Of a stretch of 64,000 nt of DNA, positions 19,231 to 29,550 are shown piece after piece. Made by a program: the position numbers and the translations under genes. How positions within the stretch are numbered: position 1 is the first letter of the stretch; each line of letters starts with the position of its first letter. The stretch covers positions 2,176,001-2,240,000 of the forward strand of contig CBDCXL010000002.1 of NCBI GenBank assembly GCA_965223795.1, read 5' to 3'. The notes below the pieces were generated by a model. It did not search any database. It was not told the origin of the DNA and saw only the letters and a program-made list of their open reading frames with translations. The DNA comes from Nitrospinales bacterium. Its GTDB lineage: Bacteria > Nitrospinota > Nitrospinia > Nitrospinales > VA-1.

Positions 19231-20763
19231 ATGATATCTGAGATCCTCATCAACTCCAATCCCCGGGAAATCCGCGTTGCGCTGGTGGAAAACAACCAGC
19301 TGGTGGAGCTGTTCATCGAGCACAAGGCGAACAAGGGCATCGTCGGCAACATCTACAAAGGCAAAGTGACGAAAATCCTGCCGGGCATGCAGGTGGCCTT
19401 CGTGGACATCGGCCTGGAGAAAGCCGGTTTCCTGTACGTGGGCGACATCGACGTGCTCGACATGCTGGATCTGGATGAGAGCGACGAAAACGGCCTCCCC
19501 CTGGCCGAGGAACCGCCCAAGGATGAAGGGGACGGGGAGTCCCGGCCGCCCGGACACGAGATCCCCATTCAGGATCTTTTGAAGGAAGGTCAGGAGATCA
19601 TGATCCAGGTGGCGAAAAACCCGCTCGGCACCAAGGGGCCGCGCATCACCACCTTCATCAGTCTGCCGGGGCGCTACCTGGTCTACATGCCGACGGTGAA
19701 CCACATCAACGTCTCCCGCCGCATCGAAGACGAAACCGAAAAAGAGCGGCTCAAGACCCTGGTGGGGGAGATCGGCAAACCGGGCGAGGGTTACATCGTG
19801 CGCACGGCCGGTCAGGGCTGCCAGAAGGAGGATTTCGAGTCGGACCTCAACTTCCTGCACCGTCTCTGGGACAAGCTCAAGGTCAAATCGGAAAACTCGG
19901 TTCCCAACCGCCTGCTGTACGAGGACCTGAATCTCATTTTCCGCTCCATCCGCGATCTGTTCACCAAGGACGTGCAGCGGCTGGTGATCGATTCGAAAGA
20001 GGATTACGAGCAGTGCGTCGAGTTCTGTTCCAATTTTCTGCCCCACCTCGCCGACAAGATCGAGCTGCACGACGCGCCCATCCCTATCTTCGAGCACCGC
20101 GGCATCGAGATCGACATCAACCGCGCGCTCGACCGCAAGGTGTGGCTGAAGTCCGGCGGCTACATCTCCATCGACCAGACCGAGGCGCTGGTGGCCATCG
20201 ACGTGAACACGGGCAAGTTCGTCGGGCACAGCGATCCGGAGGAGACCATCCTCAAGACCAACCTCGAGGCGGTCAAGGAGATCGTCTACCAGCTTAGGCT
20301 GCGCAACATCGGCGGCATCATCATCGTCGATTTCATCGACATGGCGCGCGAGGAAAGCAAGGAGATCGTGTGGAACGCGCTCAGCCAGGCGCTCAAGGGC
20401 GACCGCTCGCGCACCAAGATCCTCAAGATTTCCGAGCTGGGGCTAGCCGAGATGACGCGCAAGCGCGTGCGCGAGAGCCTGGTGCAGACGCTGTGCGATC
20501 CCTGCTCCTACTGTGAGGGCAAGGGTTACATCAAATCCACCGTCACGGTGTGCTACGAGATCATCCGCGAGATCCAGCGCCTGGTGGCCAACGACCCCAA
20601 CCCGAAAACCATCAAGGTGGAAGTGCACCCCGCCATTCACGATCTGATGTACGAGGAGGAATCCTCCTTCATCGAAGAGATCGAGGAAAAATACGACATC
20701 AAGCTGGTGTTCGAGATCAACCCCAAGCGGCATCAGGAAAACTACCACATCGAATCGCTTTGA
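19231..20763 (+). CDS. rng: Ribonuclease G (Rne/Rng family)
   Basis: GNIYKGKV, AFVDIG, SLPGRYLV, IDVNTG, LRNIGGIIIVDFIDM, CSYCEGKG; no long C-terminal scaffold. Confidence 0.93.
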   Translation: MISEILINSNPREIRVALVENNQLVELFIEHKANKGIVGNIYKGKVTKILPGMQVAFVDIGLEKAGFLYVGDIDVLDMLDLDESDENGLPLAEEPPKDEGDGESRPPGHEIPIQDLLKEGQEIMIQVAKNPLGTKGPRITTFISLPGRYLVYMPTVNHINVSRRIEDETEKERLKTLVGEIGKPGEGYIVRTAGQGCQKEDFESDLNFLHRLWDKLKVKSENSVPNRLLYEDLNLIFRSIRDLFTKDVQRLVIDSKEDYEQCVEFCSNFLPHLADKIELHDAPIPIFEHRGIEIDINRALDRKVWLKSGGYISIDQTEALVAIDVNTGKFVGHSDPEETILKTNLEAVKEIVYQLRLRNIGGIIIVDFIDMAREESKEIVWNALSQALKGDRSRTKILKISELGLAEMTRKRVRESLVQTLCDPCSYCEGKGYIKSTVTVCYEIIREIQRLVANDPNPKTIKVEVHPAIHDLMYEEESSFIEEIEEKYDIKLVFEINPKRHQENYHIESL

Positions 20764-21026
20764 CACGCCTCGCTCCGCGTGCATCCCCGAATGGGTCCTT
20801 CTGCTGCGGGTCTTCCTTGTTTTTGCGGCGATAATTTTTTTCACCCCACCGCGTCCGCGTGTTAAGATTAGCTTTTTCAAAGAGACGGCTCATTGCGGAA
20901 ACCGGTCCGCTGAATGCGCGAAACAGGCCGGGTGGTTTGGGGCCGGCGTTTCCGCATCGCTGTCACTGGAAAACGCCTCCCGATCGGACGCAACGCCACG
21001 GGAGGGCCTCAAGAAGGGAGGAGACG

Positions 21027-21350
21027 ATGAAAGCAACGTGGTTCGGGTTCGCCGGTCTATTGTCTGGATTCCTGTTGATCTCAGGATGCGGAACCACCGG
21101 CAAGGAGTTCGACGAAACGCGGGTCGAAAACATCGTGAACGGAACCACCACCCAGGACCAGGTGGAGGAGTTGTTCGGTCCTCCGTTCAAGAAAGGCGTC
21201 CTGAACGGCAGGCCCATCTGGGTTTACGAATACAACAAATACATGGCCCTGGGCGACGACACGTCCAAGGACCTGGTGATCGTGTTCGAGGACACGGGCG
21301 TGGTGCGGTCGCACCAGTTCATGAGCGACAAGGGCGCGGCCGGTCCGTGA
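21027..21350 (+). CDS. SmpA/BamE-like lipoprotein
   Basis: GGAGG SD; lipobox ISGC; GTTTQDQVEELFGPP, WVYEY. Confidence 0.8.
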   Translation: MKATWFGFAGLLSGFLLISGCGTTGKEFDETRVENIVNGTTTQDQVEELFGPPFKKGVLNGRPIWVYEYNKYMALGDDTSKDLVIVFEDTGVVRSHQFMSDKGAAGP

Positions 21351-21376
21351 CGCTTCCTTCCGTTATTTCTTCCTGA

Positions 21377-22792
21377 ATGTTCGGTTTCAGCAGCAAGCAG
21401 CAAAGCGTCCTGCACTTGACGTGGGCCGCTTTTTTTTTGACCTTCATGGCCTGGTTCAACATGGCGCCGTTCAACACGACGATCATGCGCCAGACCGGGC
21501 TGACCGCCCAGCAGATCGACATCCTGATGATCAGCAACGTGGTGCTGACGATCCCGGCGCGCATCGTCATCGGCACGCTCGCCGACCGCTTCGGCCCGCG
21601 GCGGGTGTTCTGCGGGCTTTTGCTGTTCGCTTCCTTCGTGTGCCTGCACTTCGCGCTGGCCGTCCGGTTCACCGACTTTCTCGTGTCGCGTCTGCTGATG
21701 GGCATCGTCGGCGGCGGCTTCGTGGTCGGCATCAAGATGATCGCCGAATGGTTCCCGCCGGAAAAGATGGGCACGGCGCAGGGGATCTACGCGGGCTGGG
21801 GCAATTTCGGCGCGGCCGCGGCGGCGTTCACGCTGCCTCCCGTCGCGCTGCTGTTTCCCGAGGAGACCGGCTGGCGCATGGCCTCGGGCTTCACCGGCAT
21901 GCTGTGCCTGTTCTGGGCCTTCGTGTATTTCCGCTTCGCGGAGGAATCGCGCAACGCAGGGGCCGCCACGCCGTTCAGCCTGCTGCACGCCATCGAGGTC
22001 ACCTCGCGCAAGGACGTGTTCCTGCAGATCCTGCTGATGCTGCCTTTGTACGGCGCGGTGGCGGTGCTGCTGTGGAAACTTTCCGGCCACCCGCTGTCGC
22101 TGCTTCCGGCGTCCGTGTCGAACGGTCTGTACGTTCTGATCGGCGGGCTCTTTATTCTGAGTGCGGCCGAGTGCGTCCGCAGAAACCGCGCCGTGTTCAC
22201 TGGCGAGGGTGCGAAGGATCGACCCTACGCCTTCCAGCAGATCTTCATCCTCAGCCTGGTGTACGCGCTCACGTTTGGATCGGCGCTGGCGGTGATCTCG
22301 ATGTTTCCGGAATTTCTGCAGTCGACCTTTTCGTTGTCGGTGACGGCCGCCGGAATTTTTGCTTCCAGTTTTGCCTTCATGAACCTGGTGGGACGGCCGG
22401 CCGGGGGATGGCTTTCCGATCGCTTCGGCCGCAGGCGGACGCTCGTTTTCCTGGTGGCCGGCGCACTGGTCTGTTACTTCCTGATGGGAGGGATCTCGGC
22501 ATCCTGGCCGCTTGGCTGGGTGGTCGGCCTGTCCATCGCCTGCTCCTTGTTCCTGCAGGCGGGCAGCGGCGCCTGCTTCGCGGTGGTGCCGCTCGTGCGC
22601 CGCGATCTTGCGGGTAAAATGGCGGGCCTGGCCGGCGCTTACGGCAACGTGGGCGCGGTGTTCTTCCTCACCTTCCTCAGTATGATGAGCGCGCAGGATT
22701 TCTTCCGTGTCATCGGCGCGTACGCGCTTTTGGTGCTGATCGCGCTGGCGTTTCTCAAGCCGCTGGAAAACCCCGATCGGCCGGGAACATAA
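21377..22792 (+). CDS. narK: NarK-family nitrate/nitrite MFS transporter
   Basis: LHLTWAAFFLTF, GIYAGWGNFG nitrate signature, RPAGGWLSD, GAYGNVG. Confidence 0.88.
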   Translation: MFGFSSKQQSVLHLTWAAFFLTFMAWFNMAPFNTTIMRQTGLTAQQIDILMISNVVLTIPARIVIGTLADRFGPRRVFCGLLLFASFVCLHFALAVRFTDFLVSRLLMGIVGGGFVVGIKMIAEWFPPEKMGTAQGIYAGWGNFGAAAAAFTLPPVALLFPEETGWRMASGFTGMLCLFWAFVYFRFAEESRNAGAATPFSLLHAIEVTSRKDVFLQILLMLPLYGAVAVLLWKLSGHPLSLLPASVSNGLYVLIGGLFILSAAECVRRNRAVFTGEGAKDRPYAFQQIFILSLVYALTFGSALAVISMFPEFLQSTFSLSVTAAGIFASSFAFMNLVGRPAGGWLSDRFGRRRTLVFLVAGALVCYFLMGGISASWPLGWVVGLSIACSLFLQAGSGACFAVVPLVRRDLAGKMAGLAGAYGNVGAVFFLTFLSMMSAQDFFRVIGAYALLVLIALAFLKPLENPDRPGT

Positions 22793-22803
22793 AACTTTTC
22801 TTT

Positions 22804-25383
22804 TTACTCCACACGCACCGCCTCGATGGGATTGAGCCGCGCCGCGAGCCGCGCCGGAACCAGTCCGGACAGCAGCGCCACGCCCCAGAAAAACACGGTC
22901 GAGCCGAACAGAAACCCGAGCGGAAAATGCACCTGGATGGTCCAGCCGAAGGACTGCTTGTTGATGACGAAGATCAAAATGTAGGACACCACCACGCCCG
23001 CCACGAGTCCCAGGACGGTGCCGACGCCGCCGAGGATGCCCGCCTCCAATAAAACGATGCGCCTCAGCTGGTGCCGGAACGCGCCGAGGAACCTCAGGAT
23101 GCCCATCTCGCGCCGGCGTTCCAGGATCAGCGAGATCAGCGTGTTGAACAGGCCCAGCACGGCGACCCCCACGGCGATGATCTCAAGCGAATAGGTGATG
23201 GCGAAGGTGCGGTCGAATACTTCCAGCACGTCTTTCTTGAGCTGGGCGTTGGAGCGGATGATGAGCTTGTAGTCTTTGCCCAGGCCGCCGATGATCTGGC
23301 TGCGCACGCTTTCGAGCTGCGATTTGTCCTCAAGATAGACGATGAAGCTGTTGACGTCCGGGTCGCGGTAGTGTTTGAGAAAGGTCGTGCGGTCGATGAT
23401 GATGTAGCCGCGCTCGCGCGAATAATCGTAGTACACGCCGACGATCTCAAGATCCAGCGCGCCGCCGGGCGTTTTGAGAGACAGCCGGCCGCCTTCCTTG
23501 ACATTGTGCCGGAGCGCGAAGGCTTCGGACACGATGGCGCGGTTCTGGTTCACCAGGTGTCGGTCGAGTTCCTGCGCGGGCGGGCCGGTCTTGATGACGA
23601 GGTTGCCCAGGCGGGACAGCACCGTGAAATCGCCGGTGCCGAGCACCGCGGGCAGGTCGTTGTGGGTGATGTCGAGGGCGCGGAAGCGGTCGATGGCGGC
23701 GACGCCGTCGATCTTTTTCAAGGCTTCAATGCGCTCGTCGGGCAGGGTGTACTGGTAATCGATGTCCCTGCCGCCGGCGACGCGCACGAACAGGTCGGCG
23801 CGCAGGGTCTGGCCGATCCAGAAGATGACGGTCTGGCGGAAACTGTGCACCATGATCGACATGCTGATCACCATCATGAAGGCGATGGCGAGGGACGACA
23901 CGGCGAGCGCGTTGCGGCCGACGTTCTGCGACAGGTTCATGCAGGCCAGCAGCCCTTCGCCGCCGAAATATTTTTTGAAGGGCTTGTGCAGCAGGCGGCG
24001 CGCCAGAAGCATCGCCGAGGGAGCGAGCAGCGACAGTCCGAGGATCACCAGGAACACCGACAAAAAACCGAAGTAAGGAAAATGATCGATGGCGGGCAGC
24101 GTGGAAGCCAGGGCGGCGGCGGCCAGGGTGGCGCAGGCCAGCAGGTTGAGCCGTCTGCTGCCGCGGAACAGCTTGAGGTCGTAGCTGCCGCGCCGCATGA
24201 CGGAAGTGGGCGAGGTGTTGGCCGCATCGAGGGCGGGCAGGAGCGCCGAGGCCACGGAAAGCCCGACGCCCAGGACGAAATAGGGCCCCATGCGGTCCCA
24301 GTGGAATGCCACTTCGCGCACGTAGCTGGGCGTGTACAGGTGGTTGATGGTGAGGGAGACCGCTTCCAGGGAAAACTGCGCGAAATAATAGCCCAGGCCG
24401 ATGCCCAGCAGCGATCCGACGGCGCCGATGATGCCCGCTTCCAGGAAAAACAGCAGCGCAATGAGTTTGGGCGTAGCGCCGAGGGCGCGCAGGGTGCCGA
24501 TCTCGACGCGGCGGCGCACGACGGACAGCGCGATCATGTTGTAGATGAGATACAGCGCCACCAGAAGCGCGACGAAGCTCAGCGCGGTGAGGTTGTACTG
24601 AAACGCCTTGAGCATCTTTTCCACCTGCTGGTTCTTGCGCTGCGGCCGCTCGATCCGCAGGTGTTCGGGAAACAGCGGCGCCAGCCGGTCGCGCATGGCG
24701 TCGAAGTTCTTGTCCTGGAGAAATTCCAGGTCGATGCGGTCGAGTTTGCCCAGTTTTCCCAAAGCCAGCTGCGCCGCGGCGATGTCCATCATGGCGAAGT
24801 TGCCGTTGAGCGCCTTGGCGAGGCCCTTGTTTTCCAGAATGGCGGTGACGGTGAGCTGCTTTTCCTGACCGTTGATGAGAAATTGAATGGTATCGCCCGG
24901 CTGAAACCGCGTACCGGGGATGAACCGCTCCGGCAGCACGATGCCTTTGGGATCGAGGATGATGGGGATCAGGCCCCGGAGTCCTTCATCGGTGGTCTTG
25001 AGGGAGAAATCGCGGATGCCGCTGTCCTGCAAAAGGTCGGTGCCGATGATCTCCACCACCTCGCCGGTGGTGGACTCGACGCCGTAGCCCTCGATCACCG
25101 GGTAGCCCTTCACCCATTCGCGGTGTTCGTTGAGTTTTTCGAACAGGGTCTCGTCGAACGGCATGCCCTCGGCGCGGATCACCGCGTCGGCGCGGCCGAG
25201 CACCAGATCGACGCTTTCCTGGAACGAGGACAGGGTCTGCTCGTTGGCGAGGCGGATGCTCAGAAACACGGCCACGCCGATGGCGACGCCGACGATGGTG
25301 ATGCCGGTGCGGAACGGATCGCGCAGCATCGGGCGCAGGATGAGTGCCGCGAACAGATCCTTGAAGTAGAACAGAAAGTGCAT
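22804..25383 (-). CDS. ABC transporter permease, duplicated MacB/FtsX domains
   Basis: Two repeats of periplasmic domain plus RRxEIGxLRxLGA. Confidence 0.9.
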   Translation of the reverse strand: MHFLFYFKDLFAALILRPMLRDPFRTGITIVGVAIGVAVFLSIRLANEQTLSSFQESVDLVLGRADAVIRAEGMPFDETLFEKLNEHREWVKGYPVIEGYGVESTTGEVVEIIGTDLLQDSGIRDFSLKTTDEGLRGLIPIILDPKGIVLPERFIPGTRFQPGDTIQFLINGQEKQLTVTAILENKGLAKALNGNFAMMDIAAAQLALGKLGKLDRIDLEFLQDKNFDAMRDRLAPLFPEHLRIERPQRKNQQVEKMLKAFQYNLTALSFVALLVALYLIYNMIALSVVRRRVEIGTLRALGATPKLIALLFFLEAGIIGAVGSLLGIGLGYYFAQFSLEAVSLTINHLYTPSYVREVAFHWDRMGPYFVLGVGLSVASALLPALDAANTSPTSVMRRGSYDLKLFRGSRRLNLLACATLAAAALASTLPAIDHFPYFGFLSVFLVILGLSLLAPSAMLLARRLLHKPFKKYFGGEGLLACMNLSQNVGRNALAVSSLAIAFMMVISMSIMVHSFRQTVIFWIGQTLRADLFVRVAGGRDIDYQYTLPDERIEALKKIDGVAAIDRFRALDITHNDLPAVLGTGDFTVLSRLGNLVIKTGPPAQELDRHLVNQNRAIVSEAFALRHNVKEGGRLSLKTPGGALDLEIVGVYYDYSRERGYIIIDRTTFLKHYRDPDVNSFIVYLEDKSQLESVRSQIIGGLGKDYKLIIRSNAQLKKDVLEVFDRTFAITYSLEIIAVGVAVLGLFNTLISLILERRREMGILRFLGAFRHQLRRIVLLEAGILGGVGTVLGLVAGVVVSYILIFVINKQSFGWTIQVHFPLGFLFGSTVFFWGVALLSGLVPARLAARLNPIEAVRVE

Positions 25384-25387
25384 TGGC

Positions 25388-26092
25388 TCAAGTAGCGGGC
25401 GGATATTCGGAGGTGGTCAGGCGGCCGTCGCGGATCTCGAAGTGGCGGTTGCCGTAGGTGGCGATCTGCGGGTTGTGGGTGACGACCACCAGGGTGGTGT
25501 GGAATTCTCTGGCGATCTTCTGCATCAGCTCCAGAATGCGGATGCCGTTTTCCGAGTCCAGGTTGCCGGTGGGTTCGTCGGCCAGCAACAAGGCGGGCTG
25601 ATGCACCAGCGCACGGGCGATGGCGACGCGCTGCATCTCGCCGCCGGAGAGTTCGGCGGGGACGGATTGGGCCCGATCCAGAAGCCCGACGTAGTCCAGC
25701 AGTTCGCCGATGCGGGCCTGCCGCTTACGGGAAGACAGGCTCAACAGCAGGGGCAGCTCGACGTTTTCCCACAACGTGAGCGTGGGCAGCAGGTTGAAAA
25801 ACTGGAACACGAAGCCGATGGCGCTGCGGCGCAGTTCGGTGAGTTCCTGGTCGGTCATGTGCGAGATCAGCCGGCCGTCGAAATGGATCTCGCCTGCATC
25901 GGGCGTGTCGAGGCCGCCGATGCAGTTGAGCAGCGTGGTTTTGCCGCCGCCGCTCGGCCCCATGACGGTGACGAAATCGCCGCGCCGCATTTCCAGGTTG
26001 ATGTCCTGCAATGCGGTGACGCGGGCGGTGCCGGTTTCGTAGTGTTTGCTCACGTTGACGAAGCGGACGATGGGCGTTTGGGATGCGGTCAT
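25388..26092 (-). CDS. ABC transporter ATP-binding protein (LolD/MacB-like)
   Basis: GPSGGGKTT, LSGGEMQR, LADEPTGNLD; start MTASQT. Confidence 0.93.
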   Translation of the reverse strand: MTASQTPIVRFVNVSKHYETGTARVTALQDINLEMRRGDFVTVMGPSGGGKTTLLNCIGGLDTPDAGEIHFDGRLISHMTDQELTELRRSAIGFVFQFFNLLPTLTLWENVELPLLLSLSSRKRQARIGELLDYVGLLDRAQSVPAELSGGEMQRVAIARALVHQPALLLADEPTGNLDSENGIRILELMQKIAREFHTTLVVVTHNPQIATYGNRHFEIRDGRLTTSEYPPAT

Positions 26093-26406
26093 GCCGTTCC
26101 TGTATTGAAAGCGTTGCTGTGTTGCGGAGTTGTGAGTCGCCGCCGAAGCGCAAACCCGTTGTCTTGTGTTTTCAACATACCGGCTTTCGTGCAAGGCGCG
26201 ATAAAAAACGTTTTCAGATTTTACCTGAGGTGGCTCAAAAATTGATATCTCTTTGATATTTAATTGGAAATTTTTTCAGCCCGGGCTTTTCCCTAAGCCA
26301 TCACTTTAAGTCTCGGCGCCGCCGCTGCCGCCGCTGCCCGGCGGCCGCCCCATTGCGCGCACGCGGGCTTTGTGCTACTTATGGTTTTTTCAAACGCGGG
26401 GAACTC

Positions 26407-27594
26407 ATGGCTATATCTAAAAAAATCAATGGGTTCATGGAGAAGTCGTCGTGGATCCGCAAAATGTTCGAAGAGGGCATCCGTCTTAAAAAGGAACACG
26501 GCGAAGAAAACGTGTTCGATCTCTCTCTCGGCAACCCGGTTGTGGAGCCGCCCGAGCCGTTGAAGAAAGCGATCGTGGACGCCGCTTCAGATTCCACTTC
26601 AGGTCTGCACCGCTACATGCCCAATGCGGGACTGGTTTCCTGCCGCGCATCCGTGGCGGAGGCGCTGACCGCCGAATGTAAGGTCGGGTTGTCGGCGGAC
26701 GACGTGGTGATGGTGTGCGGCGCTGCCGGTGGACTCAACATCGCGCTCAAGACGCTGCTCGATCCGGACGATGAGGTGCTGATCTTCACGCCGTATTTCG
26801 TCGAGTACCTGTTCTATGCGGACAACCATGGCGGCAAAGCGGTGGCGGTGCCCACGCAGGCGGATTTTTCACTCGACCTTGATGCGCTGGAACAGGCCGT
26901 CACCGAAAACACCAAGGCGGTGATCGTCAATTCGCCCAATAATCCGACCGGAGTGGTGTATTCGCGCGCCTCGCTGACGGCGCTGTGCGAGCTGCTGCGA
27001 AAAAAATCGCGCGAGCGGGGCAGGGCCATCTACCTCATATCGGACGATCCTTATAAAAAGATCGTGTTCGACGGCGCCGAGGTGGTCAACATACTGGAAC
27101 TCTACGAGCACAGCATTTACGTCAGCTCGCACTCCAAGGATCTGGCGGTGCCGGGGGAGCGCATCGGTTATGTGGCGGTGCATCCCGAGGCGGAGGCGGC
27201 GCAGGATCTCATGGCCGGGCTCATATTCTGCAACCGGGTGCTGGGATTTGTGAACGCGCCCGCTCTCATTCAACGGGCGGTGGCGCGGGTCGCCGGGGTG
27301 AGCGTCGATGCGGAGCTGTACCGCAAAAAACGCGATTTTCTGTATGAAGCCCTGACGCGCATCGGCTATTCGGTGGTGCGGCCGCAGGGGGCGTTCTACT
27401 TTTTCCCGCAGTCGCCGTTGGCGGACGAGGTTGAATTTTCCCGCATTCTGGCGGAAAAACGGGTGCTGGTGGTGCCGGGGCGGGGATTCGGCCTGCCGGG
27501 CTATTTCCGCATCTCCTACTGCCTGCCGGACGCGGTGATCGCAGGGGCGATTCCGGGCTTTGAGGCCGCATTCGAGGCGGCGCGGAAGCGATGA
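26407..27594 (+). CDS. PLP-dependent aminotransferase class I/II (aspartate aminotransferase-like)
   Basis: SWIRKMFEEG, NSPNNPTG, DDPY, SHSKDLAVPGERIG. Confidence 0.92.
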   Translation: MAISKKINGFMEKSSWIRKMFEEGIRLKKEHGEENVFDLSLGNPVVEPPEPLKKAIVDAASDSTSGLHRYMPNAGLVSCRASVAEALTAECKVGLSADDVVMVCGAAGGLNIALKTLLDPDDEVLIFTPYFVEYLFYADNHGGKAVAVPTQADFSLDLDALEQAVTENTKAVIVNSPNNPTGVVYSRASLTALCELLRKKSRERGRAIYLISDDPYKKIVFDGAEVVNILELYEHSIYVSSHSKDLAVPGERIGYVAVHPEAEAAQDLMAGLIFCNRVLGFVNAPALIQRAVARVAGVSVDAELYRKKRDFLYEALTRIGYSVVRPQGAFYFFPQSPLADEVEFSRILAEKRVLVVPGRGFGLPGYFRISYCLPDAVIAGAIPGFEAAFEAARKR

Positions 27595-27704
27595 TCCCAG
27601 GACCGGCGGAGGGCTGCGGCCGGAAAACCGGCATCGCGCGAAACCTTTTTGCTAGAATGGAATCTAAATTTCAACACCGACCCCCTATATAGGAACGAAA
27701 CGCA

Positions 27705-28859
27705 ATGGCTTTGACACAGGATCAGATCAACCGATACAGCCGCCACCTGCTGCTGCCGGAGGTGGGGGTGGAAGGGCAGGAAAAAATCTGCGACGGCAAG
27801 GTGCTGTTGATCGGCACCGGCGGCCTGGGCGCGCCGCTCGGCCTGTATCTGGCCGCGGCCGGTGTGGGCAAGCTGGGGCTGATCGACTTCGACGTGGTGG
27901 ACCAGAGCAATCTGCAGCGCCAGGTCATCCACGGCGAATCGACGCTCGGCAAGCTGAAGGTCGATTCCGCCAAGGCGCGGCTCAACGATCTCAACTCCAG
28001 CATCGACATCGTCACGCACAACACGCGCCTGAGTTCGGAAAACGCGCTGGATATCTTCAAGGACTACGACATCATCGTCGACGGGACCGACAACTTCCCG
28101 ACACGCTACCTCGCCAACGACGCCGCCGTGCTTCTGGGCAAGCCCTACATCTACGGCTGCATCCTGCGTTTCGAGGGGCAGGCTTCGGTGTTCGACTCGC
28201 GGCAGGGCCCCTGCTACCGCTGCCTGTATCCGGAACCGCCGCCGCCGGGCCTGGTGCCGAGCTGCGCGGAAGGCGGGGTGCTGGGCGTGCTGCCGGGCAT
28301 CGTCGGGCTTTTGCAGGCCAACGAAGTGCTGAAGCTGCTGCTGGAAAAAGGCGATCCGCTTATCGGCCGGCTTTTGATCTTCGACGCGCTGGCGATGAAG
28401 TTCAAAGAGCTGAAACTGCGTAAGGACAAAAACTGCCCGATCTGCGGCGACCGTCCCACCATCAAGCAACTGGTGGACTACGAGCAGTTCTGCGGCATCG
28501 TGCCGCAGGAGACCGCGCCCGAGGACGAAGCGCTGGAGATCGACGTGGCGGCGGTGAAGGACATGCTCGATGCCCGGAAGGCATTCAAGCTGGTTGATGT
28601 GCGCGAACCGGGCGAAGTGGAGATCTGCAAGATCCAGGGATCGACGCTGATCCCTCTGGGCGAGATCGAAACGCTCGATCCCGCACGTCTGAACGGCCTG
28701 AAACCGGACGACGACATCGTGGTGCACTGCAAAGCCGGCGTGCGCAGCCTCAAAGCCGCCAAGGCGTTGCAGAAAATGGGCTACCAGAAGGTCAAGAGCA
28801 TGCGCGGCGGCATCGGCGAATGGTCCGACCGCATCGACCCCTCCGTTCCCAAATACTGA
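27705..28859 (+). CDS. moeB: MoeB/MoeZ adenylyltransferase with C-terminal rhodanese domain
   Basis: RYSRHLLL, GTGGLG, SNLQRQ, CYRC/CPIC, rhodanese HCKAGVRS. Confidence 0.93.
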   Translation: MALTQDQINRYSRHLLLPEVGVEGQEKICDGKVLLIGTGGLGAPLGLYLAAAGVGKLGLIDFDVVDQSNLQRQVIHGESTLGKLKVDSAKARLNDLNSSIDIVTHNTRLSSENALDIFKDYDIIVDGTDNFPTRYLANDAAVLLGKPYIYGCILRFEGQASVFDSRQGPCYRCLYPEPPPPGLVPSCAEGGVLGVLPGIVGLLQANEVLKLLLEKGDPLIGRLLIFDALAMKFKELKLRKDKNCPICGDRPTIKQLVDYEQFCGIVPQETAPEDEALEIDVAAVKDMLDARKAFKLVDVREPGEVEICKIQGSTLIPLGEIETLDPARLNGLKPDDDIVVHCKAGVRSLKAAKALQKMGYQKVKSMRGGIGEWSDRIDPSVPKY

Positions 28860-29050
28860 ATCCCCTGTTTTAAAGCCCGGTGCGCCGTTGCGGCCGCCGG
28901 GCGCATTTTCTGAATACGGAAGTTGCTGCAAACCCCTGAAAAACGGCGTTGTTTTTTAAGCGCCCGCGCGTGCCATCCTGTTCCCGTGCGGACGCGTCCG
29001 CGTTCGCCGGAAAACGTCCGCGTCTGTGCGAAAGCGCAATATGAATGGCC

Positions 29051-29079
29051 TTGACATTGCTGGGTTTCAAGTTTATTTT
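29051..29079 (+). promoter_or_regulatory. Sigma70-like promoter
   Basis: TTGACA-17 bp-TATTTT. Confidence 0.45.
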
Positions 29080-29129
29080 AAAATTTAGATACAGAAATCA
29101 TCTTCATCTCTTTGCCAAAGGGGGCCTTC

Positions 29130-29513
29130 GTGAGCGATGCACATGAATCGGAAAGTTCGGAGCGGAATTTCGAGAAATTGTCGAAGGCCATCACCGATGC
29201 TGTGATGAACTCCGAAAAGGTGAAGAAGATCGTTTCTGAAATCCAGAAAAAGGAAAAAATCTGCCCCCAGAGTTTCATGGTTCTCGTGCTCAAGATGCAG
29301 GTGCTCACCGAATCGCTTGAGATGGAGGTTGAGGAAGACTTCCTGGAAAAGAAACCCGCGGCCAGCAAGAAGAACGCGCGGAAAAAATCCAAGGAGCGGC
29401 CTCAGTTCATCGATGGAAACCGCCTCACACAAAACGAAATCGATTACCAGGAGTTCTCCAGCGAGCGGTTCGACACCCAGAGTTGGCTCAAGAAACACGG
29501 GCTCATTTTTTAA
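29130..29513 (+). CDS. Hypothetical protein
   Basis: GTG start with AAGGGG SD; charged 127-aa product; host-like codons. Confidence 0.7.
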   Translation: MSDAHESESSERNFEKLSKAITDAVMNSEKVKKIVSEIQKKEKICPQSFMVLVLKMQVLTESLEMEVEEDFLEKKPAASKKNARKKSKERPQFIDGNRLTQNEIDYQEFSSERFDTQSWLKKHGLIF

Positions 29514-29550
29514 GGTTTTTTCGCTTTCCCTCTCCGCTGCTTTTCTCTCG

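Noticed and set aside
23071..25395. Long antisense ORFs (also 1769..2824, 43201..45801, 47385..49274, 62080..63813 and others)
   Set aside because: Mirror-frame artefacts of high GC3 codon bias opposite well-supported genes
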